The notes under the pieces are model-generated. The model did no database searches. It was not told where the DNA came from and saw only the letters and a list, made by a program, of their open reading frames with translations. Of a stretch of 64,000 nt of DNA, positions 52,562 through 59,806 are shown piece after piece (position 1 is the stretch's first letter; the number at the start of each line of letters is the position of its first letter). A program made the translations under genes and the position numbers. Source of the stretch: Verrucomicrobiia bacterium (GTDB taxonomy: Bacteria; Verrucomicrobiota; Verrucomicrobiia; Limisphaerales; UBA11358); contig DASYEY010000126.1 in the NCBI GenBank assembly GCA_036498725.1, positions 3,089 to 67,088 of the forward strand, written 5' to 3'.

Positions 52562-52570
52562 GCGTAAAAA

Positions 52571-52957
52571 TCATTGTCGTAACTCGACCACATCGCCCGC
52601 TTCCAGTGGCACTACTGTACCGTTAAACAAGACATTTGCGTCTAACGTCGCGCTCTCGCCATCGCGCGTGATGATGATTTGCTTCGGGTCGCGCTGGTCC
52701 TGATAGTTCGCCGTGGCCAGCGCCTGCACGAGGGTCAATCCAGCCACCCAGGGCACCTGCGGATTTTGCACCGGCCCGATGATGGTGACGGTGGTGCTGG
52801 CCGGCGTCACTTGGTGTTGCTGCAACACGGTATTTTGCCCGGCTAGATAAGCGTTCTGCGCTTGCAACCGCGCCTCAGATTTCGTCGTACAGCCACCCGC
52901 CAGGATCAGGGAAAGGATCAAAGCGCTGCTGCCCGCAAAATATTTCATCCGCTTCAT
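52571..52957 (-). CDS. Lipoprotein with SLBB (soluble-ligand-binding beta-grasp) domain
   Basis: Lipobox 'LSLILAGGC'. SLBB-like 'VTIIGPVQNPQVPWVAGLTLVQALATANY...IIITRDGE...VPLEAGDVVEL'. ATG at 52957 is 1 nt from the pilT-like stop. Confidence 0.55.
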   Translation of the reverse strand: MKRMKYFAGSSALILSLILAGGCTTKSEARLQAQNAYLAGQNTVLQQHQVTPASTTVTIIGPVQNPQVPWVAGLTLVQALATANYQDQRDPKQIIITRDGESATLDANVLFNGTVVPLEAGDVVELRQ

Positions 52958-52958
52958 A

Positions 52959-54152
52959 TCAGCCAAATTTTTTCAGAATATTTTCCAAGCCGCCTTCATT
53001 CGGCTCGATGATAATCCGGTCCTTGTCCTTCGCCGCCGGCCTGGTCGGAATGCCCGGCTGGTTTTTGGAAAATCTGGCTGCGTTCGCCATCGGCGGCAAT
53101 GCGGCTGCGTCCGGGGCCGCCTCGCCGGATTCGTTTTCCACCGGTTCCGCGTTTTGACCGGGTATAAACCAGTTCGTCCGGCTTTCCAGCCATTTGGCGT
53201 AACGTTGAAACGTCCACATGTCATGGTCCGCACCGGTTTCGAGGGCGGTGGAGATTTTAAAAAAGTCGCGGGTACGGATAAAATTTTTGACCGCATGAGT
53301 GGCGATCAGGATTTCGCATTCGGGCACGCGGATGTTCAAGTCCGGCCGGAAGCGCAACCGTTGGGAAACGACCGCGACCAGGCAGTCCGCCAATTGCGCG
53401 CAGACCGCCCCTTGGATTTCTGCCGGGAAGGCCGAGGCAACGCGCTGGATGGCTTCCGCACACGTCGAGGAATGGACGGTGGCCAGTACCAGATGCCCGG
53501 TTTCCGAGGCGTTCAACGTGAGCCGCATCGTCTCCGGTTCGCGCATTTCGCCCACCATCAACACATCCGGATCTTCCCGCAACGAATCCAGCAAAGCTTG
53601 CTCAAAACTAGGTGTGTCGCGGCCAACTTCGCGTTGCCGGATGAAAGCGCGACGCGGGCGGAAGGAATGTTCAATCGGGCTTTCCACCGTGATGATGTGC
53701 CGCGTATCGGTGAGATTGATCTCCTGGATCAAGGCGGCGAGGGTCGTGGATTTTCCGCAACCCGTGGGGCCGCTGACCAGAATCAGGCCGTGCGGATGGC
53801 GGATCAATTTCTTGAGGTCAGGATGCAGGTTCAGCTTTTCCACCGTGGCTTGGAACGAGGTCAATAAACGGATCGCCATGCCGACGCCGCGGGATGATTG
53901 CAGGACATTGATACGGCAGCGGACGCCGTGGATGGTTTTGGAAAAATCAAACGAACGCCGTTCCAGAAAATGCTGCCATTGTTCTTCGCTCAGAAGTTGC
54001 CGGGCCATGCCGGTCATCACGGCGGCCGGGATGGCCTCGCCTGCCACGCGCAACGTGCCGCGTACGCGCAGGGCGGGTGACAGGCCGGATTCCAGGTGCA
54101 GATCGCTCGCCCCGCTGGTCACGGCCAGACCGATCAATGATTCCAAATCCAT
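52959..54152 (-). CDS. pilT: PilT-family type IV pilus retraction ATPase homologue with ~60-aa C-terminal extension
   Basis: Walker A 'SGPTGCGKSTT'. 'DPDVLMVGEMRE'. His box 'ETGHLVLATVHS'. 'ITVESPIE'. Confidence 0.85.
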   Translation of the reverse strand: MDLESLIGLAVTSGASDLHLESGLSPALRVRGTLRVAGEAIPAAVMTGMARQLLSEEQWQHFLERRSFDFSKTIHGVRCRINVLQSSRGVGMAIRLLTSFQATVEKLNLHPDLKKLIRHPHGLILVSGPTGCGKSTTLAALIQEINLTDTRHIITVESPIEHSFRPRRAFIRQREVGRDTPSFEQALLDSLREDPDVLMVGEMREPETMRLTLNASETGHLVLATVHSSTCAEAIQRVASAFPAEIQGAVCAQLADCLVAVVSQRLRFRPDLNIRVPECEILIATHAVKNFIRTRDFFKISTALETGADHDMWTFQRYAKWLESRTNWFIPGQNAEPVENESGEAAPDAAALPPMANAARFSKNQPGIPTRPAAKDKDRIIIEPNEGGLENILKKFG

Positions 54153-54199
54153 GGACGTTCGTTATTAACCAACACTTCCAAACGGGAAAAGTTGCCCAG

Positions 54200-54973
54200 T
54201 TAAACTGTCAGCAATGAACTTTTCCACGACGTTACCGCAGATTTGATCTCGGCGGCGCAATTCACACGCGGTTTGACAAACTTCGGCGTGAACCACGGAA
54301 AACTCCCGGTCAAATCATGCGTCACTAAAATCTGCCCATCACAATCTGGTCCGCTGCCGATACCGATCGTCGGGATGGAAATTTTTTCGGAAATCTCTTT
54401 CGCCACCGGCGGCGTTACGATTTCCAGAACGATGGCAAAAGCGCCCGCATCCGCCAGCGCAGTCGCATCGTCCAATAATTTCGCCCGTCCGGTGTCATCG
54501 CGGCCTTTGATCCGATAGACGCCGCCCTCTTCCAGGATGTGTTGCGGCAGCATGCCCAAATGACCGCAGTAAGGGATGCCAGCGGCGATGATGGCCGCAA
54601 CTTGCGGCAGGATTTCACGCCCGCCCTCGGCCTTGACCGCGTCCGCCCCGGCGGCAACCAATCGCCGCGCATTCGTTACTGCTTCGGCAACCGTGTTATA
54701 AGTGGCAATCGGCAAATCCGCCGCAATCAACGCGCGCGGTTTGGCCCGGGCCACGGCGCGAACATGATGTTCCATGTCGGCCATCGTCACCTGGGTCGTG
54801 TCGGTGTAGCCCAGGACCACCATGCCAAGCGTATCGCCCACGTGAATAAAGGGAATGCCCGCCTCATCGAGCAATTTTGCCAGCGGAAAATCATAGGCCG
54901 TGAGCGCGGCAATTTTTTCGCCGCGACTTTTCATCGCCCGGATTTCATCAACCGTAATTTTTTGAGAATTCAT
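54200..54973 (-). CDS. panB: 3-methyl-2-oxobutanoate hydroxymethyltransferase
   Basis: 'ALTAYDFPLAKL', 'HVGDTLGMVVLGY', 'AVKAEGG', 'GHLGMLPQ'. Confidence 0.9.
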   Translation of the reverse strand: MNSQKITVDEIRAMKSRGEKIAALTAYDFPLAKLLDEAGIPFIHVGDTLGMVVLGYTDTTQVTMADMEHHVRAVARAKPRALIAADLPIATYNTVAEAVTNARRLVAAGADAVKAEGGREILPQVAAIIAAGIPYCGHLGMLPQHILEEGGVYRIKGRDDTGRAKLLDDATALADAGAFAIVLEIVTPPVAKEISEKISIPTIGIGSGPDCDGQILVTHDLTGSFPWFTPKFVKPRVNCAAEIKSAVTSWKSSLLTV

Positions 54974-55051
54974 TTTAACGCCGCTATTCGAGACAGGTTA
55001 GCACAGATGCGGGAACACCAAAATTCTATCTGTGATGATTCGTCGTTGCGC

Positions 55052-55642
55052 CTACTTGTTTTTCCCCACGGCCGGAATCTTGGCCAAATCCGGCGGTAAT
55101 TTATCCGCCTCAAAAGCTTCAACTTCCAGCGCGATCAAACTGACCAGCGGTAAACCCAGATTCACCGTGCCATTGGAACGGTCCACAATGACCGCGACGC
55201 TGACGACGTTGCCGCCGAGTGCGTTGACGATATCCAGGGTTTCCTGCACGCGGCCGCCTTTGGTGATGACATCCTCAACGACGAGAATTTTTTCGCCCGG
55301 CGCGATCTTGAAGCCACGGCGCAGGACAAGTTTGCCTTCTTCTTTTTCAACAAAAATGAAACGCACGCCCAGTTGCCGCGCCACTTCCTGGCCGATGACC
55401 AGTCCGCCCATCGCCGGAGCGACGACCGTGGTCACGCCGAGCGATTTCACCCTGGCTGCCAGTGCGGCGCCGAGTTTTTCCACGATGGGCATTTGTTGGA
55501 GCGCGAGGGCGCATTGAAATAATTGCCGGCTATGCAACCCGCTGCGCAGGATGAAATGGCCTTCGAGCAAGGCACCCGTGTCGCGAAAAATCTGCAAGGC
55601 TTCGTCTTTTGTCATGTCCAAAATGTTAAGATGAAAGCCCAA
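55052..55642 (-). CDS. pyrE: Orotate phosphoribosyltransferase
   Basis: 'GHFILRSGLHS'. PRPP loop 'ILVVEDVITKGGRV'. Confidence 0.9.
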   Translation of the reverse strand: MGFHLNILDMTKDEALQIFRDTGALLEGHFILRSGLHSRQLFQCALALQQMPIVEKLGAALAARVKSLGVTTVVAPAMGGLVIGQEVARQLGVRFIFVEKEEGKLVLRRGFKIAPGEKILVVEDVITKGGRVQETLDIVNALGGNVVSVAVIVDRSNGTVNLGLPLVSLIALEVEAFEADKLPPDLAKIPAVGKNK

Positions 55643-55749
55643 AGTTCAAAGTCCAAAATTAACTGCCAAGCCGAGCGCCGTAGGTGCGTCATCTTTGTAG
55701 AACCGCACCGTAAAAAACCAAGCTCCAGCGGAGCGACATATTCCCGACC

Positions 55750-55801
55750 GTGGCTTTGGCTGCGCTGCGGCCAAAGTCGTCGCCGAGCGCAGCGTCAGGC
55801 G
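55750..55801 (-). repeat. Family B hairpin repeat, copy 2 (reverse-complement orientation)
   Basis: The reverse complement reads 'CGCCTGACGCTGCGCTCGGCGACGACTTTGGCCGCAGCGCAGCCAAAGCCAC'. Confidence 0.85.
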
Positions 55802-56006
55802 CCGAAATGTTGTGGGTCCAACTGCCACGAAATCGTCCTCGTGCTCATCGTCGCCCTCGCTCTCGCCCGCTGGTGAAAATTCGAGGACGAGGGCGAGGAC
55901 GACGATGAGGATGAACTGGATGTTAAAACTGATTGTTCAGGCACGCTTTCAGCAATTCAGGGAGAGCGTGTCCTGCCGTTTATAAACTGAGTTCCCGCGA
56001 TTTTTC

Positions 56007-56032
56007 CTCTGTGCTCTCTGTGCCTCTGCGGC
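56007..56032 (+). repeat. Solo copy of the CACAGAG-heptad inverted-repeat sequence
   Basis: 'CTCTGTGCTCTCTGTGCCTCTGCGGC' matches the right end of the GxxExxY cassette (37235-37260) at 23/26 positions. It ends 12 nt upstream of the 56045 start codon. Confidence 0.6.
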
Positions 56033-56044
56033 TAAATTTCCGCC

Positions 56045-56698
56045 GTGCCGAAGTGGATCAAGTTCATCATTGCGATTTTGCTGCTGCCAGTTTGCGTCGG
56101 CGCGGCGCGGACGTTATGGCTGGTGTTGCACGCTTGCGGGAGCGTGGATACGACCTGGGTGCCACTTTTAGCTGGTGCCGCCTGCTGGGTGGGCATTTTT
56201 TTGCTGCTGCCCAAACCAATGTGGGTTTATGTGTTCGGGCACGAATTGACGCATGCGTTGTGGACATGGTTGTTTGGTGGTGAAGTCAAAAAAATGAAAG
56301 TCACGTCCAAGGGCGGGCACGTGGTTATTTCCAAAACCAATTTTCTCATCGCCCTCGCCCCCTATTTCTTTCCGCTCTACGCGGTCATCGTCGTCCTGGT
56401 GTTTGCGTTGGGCGATTTCATCTGGAACTGGCATGGCCAGTTGGTCTGGTTCCACCTTTTGGTTGGTGCCGCCTACGCTTTTCACCTCACGCTGACATTT
56501 CACGTCCTGAAAACCCGGCAGACGGACATTACGTCGCAGGGGTATCTGTTTTCCATCGTTGTGATTTTTCTCGGCAACATCAGCGTACTGTTGTTGGGCA
56601 TCCCTTTGCTCACGGAGCGGGTCGGCATTCTGAAAGTATTCGGCTGGTGGTTTAAAAGTGTCGGCGACGTTTTTTTATGGCTGCAACGTGTCATCTGA
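56045..56698 (+). CDS. Integral-membrane HExxH protein (M50B-like/zincin-like metallopeptidase family)
   Basis: 'VFGHELTHALWTWLFGGEVKKMKVTSKGGHVV' places an HExxH at the end of a TM helix. About 6 hydrophobic helices. Confidence 0.55.
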   Translation: MPKWIKFIIAILLLPVCVGAARTLWLVLHACGSVDTTWVPLLAGAACWVGIFLLLPKPMWVYVFGHELTHALWTWLFGGEVKKMKVTSKGGHVVISKTNFLIALAPYFFPLYAVIVVLVFALGDFIWNWHGQLVWFHLLVGAAYAFHLTLTFHVLKTRQTDITSQGYLFSIVVIFLGNISVLLLGIPLLTERVGILKVFGWWFKSVGDVFLWLQRVI

Positions 56699-56784
56699 TC
56701 CGGCGATCGGGAGGCGTCCCCCAAAAATGTTAGCAATTCATTCTTGAATTGTCCGGACGTTTCGCTTCATCCTCGTTGTACTCT

Positions 56785-57249
56785 ATGGATTTGGCTGACA
56801 TTTTAGGACGTGAGCAAATCGTCCCCGAACTCCGAGCGGCGAACCGCTGGGAAGCGATTGACGAATTGATCGGCAATCTGGTCGCCACCGGGAAAATCCG
56901 GGCGGAAGATCGCGCCGCCGTGACCGCCGCCGTCAAGAAGCGCGAAACCTCCATGTCCACCGGCATCGGTTTTGGCATCGGCATCCCGCACGCTTCGACC
57001 GATCTGATCTTTGAAGTTGTCGGCGCCCTGGGCCGCTCCCGCACCGGGGTCAACTTCGACGCGCTGGATAATCAGCCGGTCAAGCTCGTCATGCTCTTCC
57101 TCGTTCCCCAAGGTCAATTTCAGAAACATCTCCATACCCTCGCCAATATCGCCAAGCTGTTGCATAAGGCCGATTTCCGGGAAGCGTTGGAAAAAGCTCC
57201 CGACGCCGACGCCATGCTTGGCATCATTCGTGAGTACGGTAAAAAATAG
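56785..57249 (+). CDS. ptsN: PTS EIIA(Ntr)-type nitrogen regulatory protein
   Basis: 'RETSMSTGIGFGIGIPHAS' (phosphorylatable His). 'VKLVMLFLVP'. ATG at 56785 ('MDLADILGRE') is preferred over TTG at 56749. Confidence 0.8.
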   Translation: MDLADILGREQIVPELRAANRWEAIDELIGNLVATGKIRAEDRAAVTAAVKKRETSMSTGIGFGIGIPHASTDLIFEVVGALGRSRTGVNFDALDNQPVKLVMLFLVPQGQFQKHLHTLANIAKLLHKADFREALEKAPDADAMLGIIREYGKK

Positions 57250-57257
57250 TTTTAAGC

Positions 57258-57420
57258 CACAGATTTACACAGATGAAACACGGATCGGGACGGGTTTCAT
57301 AAATCATTCCGGATAAAAGTCCGAAATTGAATCCGGGTAATCCGTGAGATTCGTGTCAAAATTCTTTTCTTCGTGCGTGTTTAAGTTTTCTTCCGTTTGT
57401 GTTTCTTCGTGTGTTTTGAG
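57258..57420. repeat. Degenerate heptad-array inverted repeat (CACAGAT/CACGAAG type) with internal nested hairpins and no enclosed ORF
   Basis: The left arm is 'GCCACAGATTTACACAGATGAAACACGGAT'. The reverse complement of the right arm reads '...CACGAAGAAACACAAACGGAAG...CACGCACGAAG...GACACGAATCTCACGGAT'. Inner stems are CACGGAT/ATCCGTG and TCCGGAT/ATCCGGG. Confidence 0.35.
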
Positions 57421-57443
57421 TGTTTTGCGATTAAAATTTCTTC

Positions 57444-59504
57444 GTGCTGCCGCTTAACAAAATTGAATTAGCTCTGCAAACTGCCGTCCGCGAAATTTTG
57501 CCGGACGCCGATGTTTCTACCATTTTAGTTCGTCCATGTGACCCGAAATTTGGTGATTACCAAAGCAATGCGCTCATGTCGCTTGCAAAAATTTACAAAC
57601 GTAATCCACGTCAGCTAGCAGAAGAGGTGCTGGTGAAACTAAACGTGGAACATGTTTGTGAAAAACCGGAAATCGCGGGTGCCGGCTTCCTGAATTTCCG
57701 ATTGAAAAAAGCGGTGCTTGCGCAAACGCTCGAATCGGCCATGCGTGATGAGCATTTATTTTTTACTAAAACAGCAAAACCGAAAACGATCATCATTGAT
57801 TTCAGTTCGCCCAATGTCGCCAAACCGATGCACGTCGGTCATATCCGCAGCACGGGTATTGGCGACGCGCTGCAGCGTATGTTGCGGCTGCTGGGACACA
57901 AGGTTGTTTCCGATAACCATATCGGCGACTGGGGCACGCAGTTCGGAAAATTACTTCTTGGCTGGAAACAGATTTTGGACCGTGAGGCGCTCAATCGTGA
58001 CGCCATTGCAGAACTAGAGTGGCTTTATAAAGTTGTAAATTTTTGCAGTGATATTCCGAGGCATGAAGCTGCTGAATTGCATAATTTTCTTAAAGCAGTA
58101 AAGAGTATAAAAACATTAGAGGCAAAATGGTGGAATGAGGTTCGCAGATTGCCGATCGATGGATTTGAAACCCTTTGTAAAGTGGGACAAACTCCTGATT
58201 CGTCATCGACACCTAGAGATAAAATTTTCAAAACTTTCCTGAATCAGTTGTGGAAAATAGGCTTAGTAGATAAAAAATCAAAAATTCTAGTTCCAAAAAA
58301 TAAAGCAGAACGCTTATTGAAATTTTTAATTTTTTGCAGTTCATCGAAGATCGACTTAATTGATTTGGCTCGAGAAGAATTAGTTAACCTACAAAACGGC
58401 GGAGCTGAAAACATTTCTATTTGGAGAGAGATGATTCATCTCTCCCAAATCCAGTTTGACACAATCTACGATCAACTTGGCGTGAAGTTTAATTTCGCGC
58501 TTGGTGAAAGCTTTTACAATCCATGGCTAGGTGAAGTTGTTGTGGAATTGCTCACGCGAGGCATTGCCCGCGAAAGCGAAGGTGCGGTGGGTGTGTTCAG
58601 CGATGGCTCCCTACCTCCGAAAGATGACCCGTTTCTTGTGAGCCGCGACGATGAATGGGTGTCTGATCCCGCATTAGTGCGTAAGAGTGATGGCGGTTTC
58701 AATTACATGACCACTGACTTGGCAACGATTGATTTTCGACTCAAAGTATGGTCGCCGGACGAAATCGTCTATGTAGTGGATGATAGGCAATCAGGCCATT
58801 TCAAAAAACTTTTTTTCACTTTTGCACGTTGGAAACCAAATAGTTTCAAAAAAACAAAACTTGTTCACGTTGGTTTTGGAAAAATTATGGGCGACGATGG
58901 CAAGCCATTTAAAACGCGCTCTGGAGATACTGTAAAACTTGGTGAATTACTCAATGAATCTGTGGATCGAGCTTTTAAAAATGTATCCGAAAAAAATCCA
59001 GAGATACCCCAATTTCAACGTAAAGAAATCGCTCGTATCGTGGGCATTGGCGCAGTGAAGTACGCCGACCTGTTGCCCAACCGCCAAAGTGATTACATTT
59101 TCAATTGGGACAAGATGCTCGCGTCGCAAGGCAACACCGCCCCCTATTTGCAATATGCCTACGCCCGCATCCGTAGTATTTTTCGTAAAGCGGGCAAAAA
59201 TAGGATTCAGAATTTAGAGTCCAAAATCCAGGTGGAGGCGCCGGAGGAAATCGCGCTGGCGAAATATTTGTTGAACTTTGGCCTGACGCTCGAAGCGGCG
59301 GCGGAGGAATTCCGCCCGAATTATCTGTGCAATTACCTCTTTGAACTAGCCGTTCATTTTTCACGTTTCTTCGAAAATTGCCCGGTGCTAAAAGCCGAGG
59401 ATGAAGCTACGCGCCAATCCCGTCTGGCCCTGTGCGATTTGACGGCGCGGGTTTTGAAACAAGGGCTGGCGACGCTTGGTATCGAGACAGTGGAACAGAT
59501 GTAA
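57444..59504 (+). CDS. argS: Arginine--tRNA ligase carrying a 97-codon AT-rich insertion
   Basis: 'SSPNVAKPMHVGHIRS' (HIGH). 'GDWGTQFG'. 'PFKTRSGDTVKL'. 'GAVKYADLLPNR'. 'GNTAPYLQYAYARI'. DALR-type C-terminus ending in M. 686 aa, about 100 aa longer than typical bacterial ArgRS. Confidence 0.9.
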   Translation: MLPLNKIELALQTAVREILPDADVSTILVRPCDPKFGDYQSNALMSLAKIYKRNPRQLAEEVLVKLNVEHVCEKPEIAGAGFLNFRLKKAVLAQTLESAMRDEHLFFTKTAKPKTIIIDFSSPNVAKPMHVGHIRSTGIGDALQRMLRLLGHKVVSDNHIGDWGTQFGKLLLGWKQILDREALNRDAIAELEWLYKVVNFCSDIPRHEAAELHNFLKAVKSIKTLEAKWWNEVRRLPIDGFETLCKVGQTPDSSSTPRDKIFKTFLNQLWKIGLVDKKSKILVPKNKAERLLKFLIFCSSSKIDLIDLAREELVNLQNGGAENISIWREMIHLSQIQFDTIYDQLGVKFNFALGESFYNPWLGEVVVELLTRGIARESEGAVGVFSDGSLPPKDDPFLVSRDDEWVSDPALVRKSDGGFNYMTTDLATIDFRLKVWSPDEIVYVVDDRQSGHFKKLFFTFARWKPNSFKKTKLVHVGFGKIMGDDGKPFKTRSGDTVKLGELLNESVDRAFKNVSEKNPEIPQFQRKEIARIVGIGAVKYADLLPNRQSDYIFNWDKMLASQGNTAPYLQYAYARIRSIFRKAGKNRIQNLESKIQVEAPEEIALAKYLLNFGLTLEAAAEEFRPNYLCNYLFELAVHFSRFFENCPVLKAEDEATRQSRLALCDLTARVLKQGLATLGIETVEQM
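58050..58340 (+). other. In-frame 291-bp AT-rich insertion in argS, delimited by 13-bp direct repeats
   Basis: 'AAATTTTTGCAGT' (58037-58049) and 'AATTTTTTGCAGT' (58328-58340), 12/13 identical, offset 291 nt. My hand count gives 99 G+C in the 291 nt (~34%). Confidence 0.55.
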
Positions 59505-59660
59505 TGCCGGTTTGGCGGTCGTTGCCTGCGTTCGGTGCTTTGGTCTGGTTTAGGGCGCGTTTTCAAACTTTAGCATAGGTGGTGGGTTGCGCTGCGACCC
59601 CTTATGACTGCGTAGCAATCCCTTTGTGGTGTGGTTGGTTACCGGACGTTTTCTTTTCGT

Positions 59661-59713
59661 CGCCTGACGCTGCGCTCGGCGACGACTTTGGCCGCAGCGC
59701 AGCCAAAGCCACC
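59661..59713 (+). repeat. Family B hairpin repeat, copy 3
   Basis: 'CGCCTGACGCTGCGCTCGGCGACGACTTTGGCCGCAGCGCAGCCAAAGCCACC'. Flanking similarity to copy 1 extends about 25 nt on each side. Confidence 0.85.
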
Positions 59714-59806
59714 AACTGCGCCATCGGGTTGTGCCTTGCCTTGGGCGATTGGTGGAACTTTTTAGATGTGCAGCTGGGCAAGTTGAAGTAGGTTTATGGG
59801 AAGGGA

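Noticed and set aside
52393-52593. 66-aa track ORF 'MWSSYDNDFYAWKSV...'
   Set aside because: It overlaps, in a different frame, a 57-aa ORF with a clear CPXCG four-cysteine signature. The 66-aa product has no features, and its 5' end would overlap the lipoprotein gene's 3' end.
58037-58340. Intein as the explanation for the argS insertion
   Set aside because: At 97 aa it is too short. It lacks the N-terminal Cys/Ser splice-block pattern followed by a C-terminal His-Asn plus nucleophile, and it lacks homing-endonuclease motifs. The flanking 13-bp direct repeats fit a DNA-level insertion better.
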